Origin: Octopus vulgaris
Taxonomy: Eukaryota
Assembly (NCBI GenBank): GCA_951406725.2
Contig: OX597842.1
Location: forward strand, 2,108,001-2,172,000
Length of the DNA stretch: 64,000 bases
Direction: 5' to 3'
Position numbers and translations under genes: made by a program. Shown piece by piece: positions 1-12,439 of the stretch. Position 1 is the stretch's first letter, and the number at the start of each line of letters is the position of its first letter. The notes below the pieces were generated by a model. It made no database searches, was not told where the DNA came from, and saw only the letters and a list, made by a program, of their open reading frames with translations.

Positions 1-119
1 AGGAGGATAGGGTCTGACACAGGGACCCAGGTCCAAGAGGGTTAAGGTTGCTTGCTATGTGGCAGAGTGAACTAGGGTACTTAATGTAAACTTGTAGATT
101 TATTAGGAGTGTTGTTTGT

Positions 120-410
120 TCCTTCTCAAGCCATGCCTGGCTCATAAGGGCTGGTTTTCCAGTTTCCTTTGCATATAGGTTCCCCACCTAGATGGGACGC
201 TGGTCTATCGCAGGTGAGCTGCAAGATGCAGGAGGAAAGCGTGAGAGAAAGTTATGGCAAAAGAGTCAGCAGAAGTTCGCTATTACCTTCTGCCAGAGCC
301 GCATGGAGCTTAGGTGTTTCACTCATAAATACACACATTGCTCGGTCTGAGATTCGAACCCGCGATCCCTCAACTGCGAGTCCACTGCTTTAAGCACTAG
401 GCCATGTGCC
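120..410 (-). mobile_element. tRNA-derived SINE (family C head, distinct tail)
   Basis: Reverse strand has a tRNA-like head (TGGCCTAGTG...GGACTCGCAG...GGTTCGAATC) and body homologous to 22332-22632 and 51920-52302. The tail is shared with 51650-51888. Confidence 0.7.
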
Positions 411-639
411 TTATTAGGAGTGTAAGGGTTTCTAAAAATGCAGTTGGTAGCCTACAGCTGGTTGACATTTAAGTTTGATCGGAATAATAACAACTGCTTA
501 TAATTCTCATGATTGGGTTGACTGCTGTAGTCTACTTGTTTGCTTGCATTATGATCTTACTTGATAGGGCTGGGGTCATCCCAGGTTTGTGGTCCCAGAG
601 ACATCATCATGCATAGAGCTGACTAAGTCCGTCAGTGCT

Positions 640-1075
640 CTCCATTGTTAGCGGCCCCTCAGCATTCTCCAAGGTGATATTAAGCCACTGGAGATCTTCC
701 CTCATCATGTCCAGCCATCTGATATGAAACCGACCTTGAGACCTCTTGCAGTTCATTGATGCTGTGTCAAATGAGACTAAAGTCTTTGTAAGATGATCCA
801 GCAGGATAAAGAGGACAGTTTATTTAATGGATTTCTATGAAGTGGGAGGCTGTGGATTGATGTATACATGCATGCAGTTCTTTGTTGGAAACGTGATGGT
901 ACCATCTGATGTTCCCAATGGTTTTCAAGGCTCTGCTATCAAAGCCATCAATCCTTTTTGCTGGGATCTTTGAGCGGGGTCACATTTCTGCTCCATAGAA
1001 GAGAATGAAGAGGGCCAATGTAATATAGACACGGAACTTTACCATTTGGGGGATAGATCAGTTAGGCCTCCTTTT
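640..1075 (-). mobile_element. Degenerate RTE-type LINE ORF C-terminal fragment
   Basis: Reverse frame reads VKFRVYITLALFILFYGAEM*P...RIDGFDSRALKTIGNIRWYHHVSNKEL, a typical post-RT region with stops. Confidence 0.65.
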
Positions 1076-1499
1076 ATTATCCTTTCACTCCTTTACTGTG
1101 GCCATGCTGGAGCACCACCTTGTGAAAAATACTTTGGTCCCATTGAAATGTTGAGGCAATTGCGGTGGCAATTATAGTGATGATGGCTGGTGACATATAT
1201 AATGATAGCTGGTGTGAGTTGGGAGGTTCTGAGCCCCACACATGGGACTGGATGTGTTTGTCAGTCACAGATGTGATTCTGCCGCATCTCGAGATGCAGT
1301 GGAATCACATTAGCGACCAGGATGCAGCTGGTGTGATGAAAATTTTGGCATCAAATGATAAATGTTTATGTGAAGTTAAGAGTCTTTCTGTGTTTTTGAG
1401 TTGGTGATACCTGTCTTCCATGCTGCAGTCATTTTAGTTTCAACACATGGTCCCTGACAAAATCACTTGCATAACCAGTACTTCACCAAACTGCATTTA

Positions 1500-1846
1500 T
1501 AGACGTGTGTGTGTGTATGTATGTATGTATAAAGGTATGTATCTGTATGTATATGCATGTATGTGTGTATATATATGTAAGTGTATACACACACACATAT
1601 ATATATATATACATATATATATATATGCATACATATATAGGTGTGTGTGTGTATTTACTCACACATGCACAAATTTTCTATATATGTATGAGTAAATATA
1701 TATACACACATATGCATATATAGATACATATCTAAGTGTATCTCTACATGCATATGTATTTTTTGTATGTGTTTGCATGTATGTGTGTGTGTATATATAT
1801 ATATATATATACATGATGTATATATATATATATATATATGTATACA

Positions 1847-1921
<75 letters not shown>

Positions 1922-1975
1922 CACATACACATGTATTTGTATGTGTATACATGTATATATATGCATATATATATA

Positions 1976-2019
<44 letters not shown>

Positions 2020-2072
2020 TACATATACACATACACATGTATTTGTATGTGTATACATGTGTATATATATGC

Positions 2073-2107
<35 letters not shown>

Positions 2108-2185
2108 TATATATATACATATACATGCACACACAGACACACGCACATGCTCTCACACACAGACACACACACTTACATTTACACA
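1500..2185. repeat. Compound (TA)n/(TG)n/(CA)n microsatellite field
   Basis: Directly visible. Source of the YIYI/CVCV ORFs. Confidence 0.95.
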
Positions 2186-2592
2186 CCTATTGAGACCACC
2201 ATATCAGCCACAAACTAATTAAGTTTCCTCGTCATCCAAGATTCTTAATTTATTCAATTTGTCAACAATTGTCGAAGAATCAGATCAAAATCCTTTCCAA
2301 AGAACTCCAAAATCCCCGCAAAGATTAATAGGTGTTTGTGATGTTGGAAGTATGGCTCCGAAATTGGTTTAGTGGGTGTGGGGCTGGTGCCGGCCTGGGA
2401 ATGGTATGGTGGCAGCAAATGGAACTTGTTTCACTACAAGTGTGTGTGTGTGTGTGTATGTGTTTTGCTGTTTTTCCTCTTTTTTTTTTGTTTTTTATTA
2501 ATCACATTGATTTTTTTTTTCTTGTCTGCCTGCCTTCATGTCTGTCTGTCTGTCTGTTTATCTGTCTGCCTGTTGGGCTTTTGGTCTGCGTA

Positions 2593-2623
<31 letters not shown>

Positions 2624-2795
2624 TCTGCCTGCACATGCTAATGCACAGATGCAATGCATATGTAGAGAGAGAGAGAGAGAAAAGAGACAAGGTGAGAGAG
2701 AGAGAGAGAGAGAGAGAGAAAAGAGACAAGGTGAGAGAGAGAGAGAGAGAGAGAGAAATAGAAGAGGAAAAGATAGATCAGTAAAAACAGTAAAA

Positions 2796-2837
<42 letters not shown>

Positions 2838-2960
2838 TGCAGTTATGTATGTATGTGTGTATATCTATTTATCCATCCATCTGCCTGTCTGTCTTACTGC
2901 TTTGTTAGTTTGGAGAGTGCTCTTTTTTTGGCTATTTGAACTACTGACCTTGATATATAT

Positions 2961-3377
2961 ACTCTTTTACTCTTTTACTTGTTTCAGTCATTTGACTACG
3001 GCTATGCTGGAGCACTGCCTTCAATCGAGCAACTCGACCCCGGCACTTATTCTTTTGTAAGCCCAGTACTTATTCTATCGGTCTCTTTTGCCAAACCGCT
3101 AAGTGCCGGAGACATAAACACACCAGCATCGGTTGTCAAGCAATGCTAGGGGGACAAACACAGACACACAAACACACACACGCATATATATATATATATA
3201 TATACACATATGCAATGGGCTTCTTTCAGTTTCTGTCTACCAAATCCACTCACAAGGCTTCGGTTGGCCCGAGGCTATAGTAGAAGACACTTACCCAAGA
3301 TGCCACGCAGTGGGACGGAACCCGGAACCATGTGGTTGGTAAACAAGCTACTTACCACACAGCCACTCCTACACCTA
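2961..3377 (-). mobile_element. tRNA-headed SINE family A, full length
   Basis: Reverse complement of the family consensus: A/B-box head, CORE-like GCACCTTGGGCAAGTGTCTT segment, internal (TA)/(TG) microsatellite and AGTAAAAG-repeat tail. Confidence 0.9.
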
Positions 3378-3496
3378 TATGTGTATATCTATTTATCCAT
3401 CCATTTGCCTGTCTGTCTTACTACTCTGTTAGTTTGGGAAGTGCTTTTTTTTTGGCTATTTGAACTACTGACCTTGATATATATATATATATATAT

Positions 3497-3757
3497 CATC
3501 ATCATCATCATCATCGTTTACATCTGCTTTCCATGCTAGCATGGGTTGGACGGTTTGACTGAGGACCGGTGAACCAGATGGCTGCACCAGGCTCCAATCT
3601 TTCTACAGCTGGATGGCCACCCTAACGCCAACCACTCCGGGAGTGTAGTGGGTGCTTTTACGTGCCACCAGCACGAGGGCCAGTCAGGCGGTACTGGCAA
3701 CGGCCACAGAAAAATGGTTTTTTTTTTTACGTGTCACCTGCACACCAGCACAAGTGC
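3497..3757 (-). mobile_element. 5'-truncated RTE LINE 3' UTR ending in (GAT)n
   Basis: Homologous to the 3' UTR that follows the RTE ORF end at 30233-30955. Confidence 0.75.
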
Positions 3758-3868
3758 CTATATATATATATATATTATATATATAGATATATATATATAT
3801 AGCAAGAAAGACAGACAGGCAGATAGATGGATAAATAGATACAGACACACACACACACACACATACAC

Positions 3869-4225
3869 AACTGGGTGCATGGTTCTTGGTCTCAAGCATT
3901 TGTCTTATGAAGAAAGGCTGAAGATGCTCGACCTTAATTCTCTAGAAAAACGCCGCCGCCGTGGTGATCTCATTCTTGCTCACAACCTCATAAGCGGAAA
4001 GTGTAACCTCGCGAAAGAGCTGTTCTTCACTCCTGCTCCAGAGCTTCGGCTGCGGGGTCACTCCGAAAAGCTCTATCTATGACGATTTCATCTCAATCGA
4101 AGGAGAGGGGCTTTCTCCATCCGGGTTGCGGGTCCGTAGAATAAGCTGCCGGACGAGATAGTGAAGATGCCGACAGCCACTTGGTTCAAAGTCTCTCTTG
4201 ACCACAAATGGCCTGAACTCTGCAA
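3869..4225 (+). mobile_element. CR1-clade LINE ORF2 C-terminal fragment
   Basis: GLKHLSYEERLKMLDLNSLEKRRRRGDLI...RGHSEKL...FSIRVAGP*NKLPDEIV...FKVSLD, the canonical CR1 end with stops. Confidence 0.85.
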
Positions 4226-4513
4226 CACAGTATATAAATTTCCTACTGGGAATGACCAAGTTTAAAAATCTGCTGGATCTCACTCTTACATTGCTTATAA
4301 ACTCTATATTTGGAAGGACTCATATTAAACTCTGTTGGACTTTTGGACTTTACTCAAAGGATATTGGAATATTGCATATATACCATTATGCCTAAAAAAT
4401 GGATTTACAACTTCAATATCCCTACATATCTTGCATCTATTTTCTTTCCTCCACCTCACTCTCTATTTGTATCACATCGGAACTAACTATGACTTAACCA
4501 TCCTCTCACACCG

Positions 4514-4563
4514 TCTCCGATGAAGGGATGTAATTAATAAATATCCTAGAAACAGCTGTAAGA
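4514..4563 (+). ncRNA. Type I hammerhead ribozyme-like motif with a core U4C change, in a probable PLE terminal relic
   Basis: TCT-CCGATGA-A-GGGATGT(loop)ATATCCT-A-GAAA-CAGCTG-TA-AGA. Stem I TCT/AGA, stem II, palindromic stem III and a GUA site. Confidence 0.6.
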
Positions 4564-5070
4564 ACTTTTATCTATAAATGCTCTAATATCTACACAGCCT
4601 TGGTTTTTTTATCTCATTACGCAAAAAATTCTTATATACACATGCTGACATAGAACCAACGTTGAACCCTTTATTCGCAATATTACCGAATCTGGAACTT
4701 GACTATGGTCTGTCTATAGCACTTATTCAGCATTACATGACACCTTTGGGTCTCAATGACACCTTTGGGTCTCAGTGACACCATTACCTTTCATAACCTC
4801 CATTTCTCACTATTATATATATAAATATATATAATTAATAATATCAAAGGATAATTAGAAATATTAGAAATTTCCATTACCAGTGGCCTAGCATGTAAAA
4901 ATTTAGTCAATAGATTATATATTATTCATGTAAATAGTGTACATTTAAACACATAAGAGGCATCCATCATAGGACTCCTTGCATGCTAGAGAGAACAGTT
5001 AAATTCCAAACCACTATTAGGAATAAAATTTCAAAGGGAATGAAAAATGAAAATATTTACCATCTAACTT

Positions 5071-5139
5071 CTGGACCAATGGTTTCAGACTTTTTTTAGC
5101 AAATAAAATAATTTACTAGGCGAAGTCTTCTTCAGCATG
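5071..5139 (-). ncRNA. Type I hammerhead ribozyme motif, intact core
   Basis: Reverse strand reads TG-CTGAAGA-AGACTT...TAGTAAAT(loop)ATTTGCTA...AAGTCT-GAAA-CCATTGG-TC-CA, with a GUC cleavage triplet. Confidence 0.7.
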
Positions 5140-5219
5140 TACACCTTAGATTAAATATATATACATAAGGCAATCCAGTATATGCTCCGTGCTTATACAT
5201 TCTAATTTTTCAAATCTAC

Positions 5220-6210
5220 TGCCACTACCTTCACTGCAATGGCTTGCACTACCACCACCACCACTATGACCAGCTTGTGCTACCACTGCCACTATCAGTG
5301 TGACGGTGTTGGGCTACCATCACCAGCACCATTACTGACACCAGCAAACTAATGACACTACTACATTTTGAACCATCACTACGCTCATGACTACAGCTAT
5401 CACCACCATCACAACCACCAGCACCACCATATTTACCATGACTACACACCTCCACCACCGCCTGTTCCACTCGAGGCCACCACTACCATCTCTGTGCTCA
5501 CAACTACAACTTCTGCCACCATCACCAGTGTCTAGCACTACCTCTACACAACCACTGTACCATCAAGGATAACATTATCAGCACAACCAGCACCACCGTT
5601 CTGCCACTATGTCTACACCACAACTTCCATTGCTACCATCATCAGCAGTGTATCCTGCTGCCCCCACCATCAGCAGCAGCAGCATATACCAACATCACTA
5701 CCATCATCACTACCATCAACATCATAATAATATACCCTGGCACACCATCACTACCATCAGCCGCAGCATATTCAATCACCACCATCACCACCACCACCAC
5801 TATCACTGCCATCATCCTCAGCACATACCACCATCACTACCACCCTCATCAGCATATACCACCTCCACCATCACCTTCATTACTACCACCACCATCAACA
5901 TCAGCATATACCACCACCACCACCACCACCACCACCACCACCACCACCACCATCATTACTACCACCTCCACCACCACCTTCATTACTACCACCACCATCA
6001 CTATCATTACTACCACCACCATCACCATCAGCATATACCACCACTACCACCACCACCACCATCATTACTACCACCTCCACCACTGCCTTCATTACTACCA
6101 TCACCATCAGCATATACCCCCCACCATCATTACTACCACCACCTCCACCTTCATTACTACAACCACCACCACCACCACCACCTCCATCAGCATATACCAC
6201 CTCCACCATG
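5220..6210. repeat. CAC/CAT/TAC-rich low-complexity tract with recurring CAGCATATACC motif
   Basis: Directly visible. The poly-His/Pro/Thr ORFs here are artefacts. Confidence 0.85.
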
Positions 6211-6604
6211 TCTGCTGTGCAAGAAAGCCACCCCCTCACATTTAACAACAAGCCATATATCCCAAGAGAGAGTGAGAGATACAAAGCTGAGAGAAAAGAG
6301 ACAGACAGACAGTCAGAGATAGAGAGAGAGAGAGAGAGAGACCAAGAGAGAACTTGTAAAGAAATTGAAAAATTCTTTGGAGAAATAACAGAAAAAAATT
6401 CTTCCATATTAGCATATTGTTACCATTTGTAGGATATTGATAAACTGTTGTACATAGCACAGCGGGAGCCGAGCTAAACCTAGCCACATTGGTCTTTGAG
6501 ATAAGCTCCATTCGTCGACGAGTCTTCGATTATTCGGAGACAGAATTCTCAACAAGAACTTAATTTCTCTTTGAAAAATGTCGTGGTTTTCGTTTTTTGT
6601 CTTT

Positions 6605-6621
6605 CATCATCATCATCATCA

Positions 6622-6694
<73 letters not shown>

Positions 6695-6858
6695 CATTAT
6701 TATTATTATTATTATTATCATTATTATCATTATTATTATTGTTGTTATTATTATTATCATTATTATCATTATTATTATCATTATTATTATTATTATTATT
6801 ATCATTAATATTATTATTATTATTGTTATTATTATTATTATCGTTATTATTATTATTA

Positions 6859-6895
<37 letters not shown>

Positions 6896-6996
6896 CATTA
6901 TTATTATTATCATTATTATTATTGTTGTTATTATTATTATCATTATTATCATTATTATTGTTATTATTATTATTATTGTTATTATTATTATTATTA

Positions 6997-7030
<34 letters not shown>

Positions 7031-7052
7031 CATTATTATTATTATCATTATT

Positions 7053-7083
<31 letters not shown>

Positions 7084-7118
7084 TAATTATTGTTATTATT
7101 ATTATTATTGTTATTATT
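6605..7118. repeat. About 510-bp (TTA)n trinucleotide repeat with TCA/TTG variants
   Basis: Directly visible. Confidence 0.95.
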
Positions 7119-7420
7119 GTGATTTATTTTCTGAACAAATTTTTCAGTTCCGTGTGAGTTTTGTGAAAAAAAAAAAAATTGTAAAAATTTGTTTCTTTTC
7201 ATTGTATAAAGAGTTTTTTGGAAGAATATTCATGTGTTATTCATGTAGGGATTCACAGAATATATATACATATATATACACATACACATACACACAAGCA
7301 CATCATGTATACAATGTATACACATTGTGTGTATACACATACACACAAGCGCATCAGCATACTTTACAATGGAATAGAAAACAAAAGGAAAAAATTTTAT
7401 AAAGAACAAATCCATCACCT

Positions 7421-7467
<47 letters not shown>

Positions 7468-7723
7468 GAAGTGTGTCACATAAAGATATTATATGAGTAT
7501 GGTATAGATATATATAGCTTTGAAATATATGTTTAGGCACAGTCATGTCTGTGTGGTAACAACCTTGAATCCCAGCCACTTGCTTCCGGGTTCAGTCCCA
7601 CTGCATGGCACCTTGTGCAAGTGTCTTCTACTATAGCTTCAGGCTCACCCAATCCTTGTGAATGGATTTGGTAGACGGAAAGTGAAAGAAGCCCGTTGTA
7701 TATATATATATATATATATATAT

Positions 7724-7888
7724 AGGTAAACAGTAAAAATAATTACAGACATGGACAAGAACATGAAACGCCACAGAGACGACACAAGAACCACAGGACG
7801 GGACATTCGAAGCCCTCAGTCATCAGTCAAGAACCAGATCATCTTAGCAATTTCGGCTGATTAATCTTGAGATTGCTCCGATATGGGC
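7724..7888. mobile_element. Short dispersed cassette embedded in (TA)n, with a second copy at 53137-53410
   Basis: Both copies share ggacattc.aagcc.tca.tc.tcagtcaagaacc.gatcatctt.gcaatttcggctgattaatcttgagattgctcc and are flanked by TA repeats. Confidence 0.7.
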
Positions 7889-7914
7889 AATATATATATT
7901 TACGTGTGTGTGTA

Positions 7915-7954
<40 letters not shown>

Positions 7955-7969
7955 TTTCATTTCATTTTC

Positions 7970-8189
7970 ATTTATTCATTTACTTGTTTCAGTCATTTGA
8001 CTGTGGCCATGCTGGAGCACCGCCTTTAGTCGAGCAAATCGATCCCAGGACTTATTCTTTGTAAGCCTAGTGCTTATTCTATCGGTCTCTTTTGCCGAAC
8101 TGCTAAGTTACGGGGACGTAAACACACCAGCATCGGTTGTCAAGCGATGTTGGGGGGGGGTGTGATAAACACAACACACAAACATACAC

Positions 8190-8245
<56 letters not shown>

Positions 8246-8401
8246 CACACACATATATATATGATGGGCTTCTTTCAGTTTCTGTCTACCAAATCCACTC
8301 ATAAGGCTTTGGTTGGCCTGAGGCTATAGTAGACACTTGCCCAAGGTGCTACGAACCATGTGGTTCAGAAGCAAGCTACTTACCACACAGCCACTTTTAC
8401 G

Positions 8402-8405
<4 letters not shown>
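7970..8405 (-). mobile_element. SINE family A
   Basis: Near full-length reverse copy of the family consensus. Confidence 0.88.
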
Positions 8406-8441
<36 letters not shown>

Positions 8442-8597
8442 TATATGTGTGTGTGTATATATATGTATATTTTCCTGGACTGCCATATTAGTTTGGTGAT
8501 AACTATAAATACCCAGTACTGCTGCCATAGTCTCCTTTAAAGAGATTTAGAACTGTTAATATTTGTATATTAGTATATATATATGTATGTATATATA

Positions 8598-9250
8598 TAA
8601 GGTGTGTTCAAAAAGTATCCGACATTATTTCTTTCTGCCAAAACTAATGCTGTGTGGACAGAAGTCACTTGGGTGGGAAGTGACACCACCCATGCTGTGC
8701 ATACAAGTAAATCTTTATGCTGGCATGCTGCATCAATTCCTGGCTGTTACACCTACAGTACAGATGTGTTGTGCCTGCTTATCAAATCTTTATTTTCACC
8801 AGATGCATCAAGCAGAGGTATTGCATTGACTACTAAAGGCGGTGAGCTGGCAGAAACGTTAGCACGCCGGGCGAAATGCATAGCCGTATTTCGTCTGCTG
8901 CTACGTTCTGAGTTCAAATTCCGCCGAGGTCGACTTTGCCTTTCATCCTTTCGGGGTTGATTAAATAAGTACCAGTTACGCACTGGTGTCGATATAATCG
9001 ACTTAATCTGTTTGTCATCCTTGTTTGTCCCCTCTGTGTTTAGCTCCTTGTGGGTAGTAAAGAAATAGGTATTGCATTGACTTTTTTGCCAAAATCTTGG
9101 TGCTACTCAAGCGCAAATCTTCCAGAAGATTCGTCAGGCTTTTAGTGATGCAGCCACAGTCAAAACTCAGATCAAGGATTGATACATTTTTTTCTAACAT
9201 GGCCACATCTCAGTGGAGGGCAAGGTACACTCAGGCAGGTCTTTCAGATC
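8598..9250 (+). mobile_element. Mariner-like DNA transposon relic, interrupted by a SINE
   Basis: Begins after a TA tract with AAGGTGTGTTCAAAAAGTATCCG, resembling a mariner TIR. The interior is degenerate. Confidence 0.4.
8832..9066 (+). mobile_element. SINE family B with 16-bp target-site duplication
   Basis: GGCGGTGAGCTGGCAGAA...GAGTTCAAATTCC head and GCCTTTCATCCTTTCGGGGT.GAT.AAATAAGTACC central domain. AGGTATTGCATTGACT is repeated at 8816-8831 and 9067-9082. Confidence 0.88.
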
Positions 9251-9254
9251 CCTT

Positions 9255-9680
9255 CCACCATCATTTGACAAGTGGTATTGTGTGGGTTTACATCACCGTA
9301 ACTTAGCGGTTCAACAAAAGAGATGATAGAATAAGCACCAGGTTTAAACAGAAGAAGTACTGGGACGATTCATTCAACTCGAAGAACATCTTCAAGGCGG
9401 TGCCCCAGCATGGGCACAGTCTAATGACAGTAACAAATAAATGGTAAAAAATACTCTTTTTTCTCTTTTTCTCTTTTTACTTGTTTCAGTCATTTGACTG
9501 CGGCCATGCTGGAGCACCACCTTTAATCGAGCAACTCGACCCCGGGACTTATTCTTTTGTAAGCCCAGTACTTAGTCCATCAGTCTCTTTTGCCGAACCA
9601 CTAAGTAACGGGGACATAAACACACCAGCATCGATTGTCAAGCAATGCTTGGGGGACAAACACAGACACACAAACACACA
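9255..9680. mobile_element. Two tail-to-tail SINE A 3' fragments (+ 9255-9450, - 9453-9680)
   Basis: Homology to the family A tail in opposite orientations. Confidence 0.75.
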
Positions 9681-9764
9681 CACATATATATATACACACA
9701 CACATATATATACATATATATCTGTCTATATTTGTGTCTATAATAATAATGATAATAATAATAA

Positions 9765-9980
9765 TACTTTCTACTAAAGGCACAAGGCCTGCAATTTGGT
9801 AGGATGGAACTAGTCGATTGCATTGACCCCAGTGTTTTACTGGTACTTAATTTATCAATCTCAAAAGAATGAAAGGCAAAGTTGACCTTGGTGGGATTTG
9901 AACTCAGAATGTTGCAGCAAGCAAAATATTGCTAACCATTTCATCCAGTATACTAATGATTCTGCCAGCTGGCCACCTTT
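9765..9980 (-). mobile_element. SINE family B-related, diverged
   Basis: Reverse complement of the family B head and central domain, ending at a (TAA)n-like tract. Similar copies lie at 15895-16100, 17050-17262 and 32630-32738. Confidence 0.75.
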
Positions 9981-10035
9981 ATTAATGATGGTGATAAAAA
10001 AACTAATCTGAAATTATCGCATTGTTTATCTCCAG

Positions 10036-10286
10036 GTCCTGGTCAATACAACATAGACAGCTTTGGATCAGAAATTGTGAAAAAAGCCTATTTGGAGAGT
10101 ACAAGGCGTGGCATATTTGGTTCGTCAGCGCCACGGAACATGACGGTTGTCAACAAAGACACGGAACATAATCCTGGGCCGTCACATTACAATGTGAAAG
10201 AGAAACCGTTTGATGCTGCTAACGCAAAACCATCCTCATTCTTTGCCTCCACTACAAAGCGTCATGACAAGCCGACAACCAGTGGG
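10036..10286 (+). CDS. STPG2: Internal coding exon of a sperm-tail PG-rich repeat (SHIPPO/PGP-repeat) protein, STPG2-like
   Basis: Acceptor ttgtttatctccag| before 10036 and donor GGG|gtaggt at 10287. The stop-free frame reads (G)PGQYNIDSFGSEIVKKAYLESTRRGIFGSSAPRNMTVVNKDTEHNPGPSHYNVKEKPFDAANAKPSSFFASTTKRHDKPTTSG. It has two PGP..Y repeats, FGSS.PR and F.STTKR motifs, and the KKAY.ESTR.G.FGSS.PR segment I recall from STPG2. Phase 1 start, phase 0 end. Confidence 0.85.
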
Positions 10287-10437
10287 GTAGGTGATTGGTT
10301 CGTTCTTCCTGTCTTTGTCCGTTTTGTTCCCTCTCTCTCTTGACAGATTTATTGATGTTGCTGATGTTGTTGTTGTGGATGTTTAATCTTGAGGTCGTTT
10401 CTGATCCTCTACAGACCTATGATGGGAAGTATCTCAC

Positions 10438-10470
<33 letters not shown>

Positions 10471-10510
10471 CATACATACACACATATATGTGTATGTGAG
10501 TGTGTATGCT

Positions 10511-10554
<44 letters not shown>

Positions 10555-10882
10555 CATACATACATGCATACACACTCACGAACATGCATATATATATATA
10601 GTGTATTCTTAGCTACAATAGTGACAACATCAATTTCTTCCATCTTCTTGATCTGTTAAAATATTTGAGAAAAATTACATTAATGTTTCATTTTTGAATT
10701 TGGTTTGCATGCATGTACTTCTTTGGATATGATCAGAAAGATAGGGTTCGAGTATTCAGGGAGTCTAGAAAGAAATTAGATAACATTATACATAATGATA
10801 CCACTGGTACCTGTCCTAGATATAGAAACAAAGAACTGAATAGGATACAAGGAACTTGTGATAAAGCAAACAGGATGAACAT

Positions 10883-11125
10883 GTGGTATACAGCATAAGA
10901 TTCATAGAAGGTGCTTGTAAAGACATGAACATGACATGCATAGGAGAGACATCCAGCAGCATTGCGGAATGACTAAATGATCATCTGAGACAAGATGACG
11001 ACAAAAATTAGTCCTTCATACTCTACCAACATGCCAAAGACCAGCATGAAGGCAACTTTGGTCAACTTGACATCCGTATCTTATCCAAGCACCCAAAGGA
11101 CCCAAAACTCAGACAAATACAGGAG
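10883..11125 (+). mobile_element. Penelope-like element GIY-YIG endonuclease relic
   Basis: VVYSIRFIEGACKDMNMTCIGETSSSIAE*LNDHLRQ...ILYQHAKDQH...IRILSKHPKDPKLRQIQE matches the VVY..(Y)IGET..(R)..H..H...H..R..E GIY-YIG pattern, with two stops. Confidence 0.75.
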
Positions 11126-12107
11126 TACATCCTTATAGATGAAACTTCCTCAATACTAAATAGGAAATATACATAGTAGATATCATAGCCCCATACTCAC
11201 AGTTTACATAGGTAGAGTAGAGTGGGTTGTTATATAGACAGATGTATGCATGTGTGTGTGTGTGGGGGTGTATGTATATATGTGTATGTGCACATATATG
11301 TAAGATTATGCATATGAAAATAAACAGATCAACATACAGACGGATAGGTACATAGGTTACAAGAACAGACAAGCACACATACGCAGATGGAGACTGAAAC
11401 ACATGACCATATATATACACACACACTTTACTCCACACAAGGACACATGTGGAGACATGGGTCCACACATGGAGATGCACATCCATATGTACAAACATGG
11501 TACATAGTTGCAAAACACACACACACACACACACAAGGAGACAGAGGTGCATACATATACAAACACATGTGCACATACAAACACACATACATAAAAAAAT
11601 ACACAAGCACAGACATGCAAGCACATGAATATGCAGAATACATACATACAGATGCACATACATATGTACATACATATGCATGCACACACATGCGCATATA
11701 TGCATATGCATACAATAAGTGGAAATTTTACCGGTGAGTGTGTTAAATTATAAGGCACAAAAAGAAAATGACCCTCCCCAGACACAACAGATTATATTTA
11801 TGTGTCCTACTTGTTAAAATACTATTTATTTGTGCAACTAAAGATGGCACTGCACTTAAATGTAATGACTGCATTGTTCAGTTAAATGGAGCCGCTTGAA
11901 ACAGCCGTACTACATCACTACTTGATATCATGTTGCTTCTTTTGATATAGATATGTGTGTAATATATATATATACATATATATATAATATATATATATAT
12001 GCCCACACACACAACATATATCGTATATATATTTATATAAAAAACAAACAGACACATTATATGTGTATATTTATATACACTCACACATGCGTGTGAGTGT
12101 GTATGCT

Positions 12108-12141
<34 letters not shown>

Positions 12142-12439
12142 ATACACACATTATATACACACGCACATGTGTATATATATATGTAATATACGTATATGTA
12201 TATTATATATATGTAATGTACATATATGTAAACGTAATATACATATATATATATATTATATACCTATATATTATGTATATAATATATATTATATATACCT
12301 TATATAGGTAACACACACGTGTCTGTGTGTGAATGTGTGTGTGTGTGTGTGTGTATATATACACACACACACATACATTACAGAAAGGACTCGGTTAGCA
12401 TTTAGATGAGATGTCTAGAAATGTAAAGTGTCAAGGTGC

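Noticed and set aside
7800-7870. Hammerhead in the 7724/53137 cassette family (CTGATGA/CTGAAGA and CGAAA on the minus strand)
   Set aside because: I could not build consistent stems II and III in any topology.
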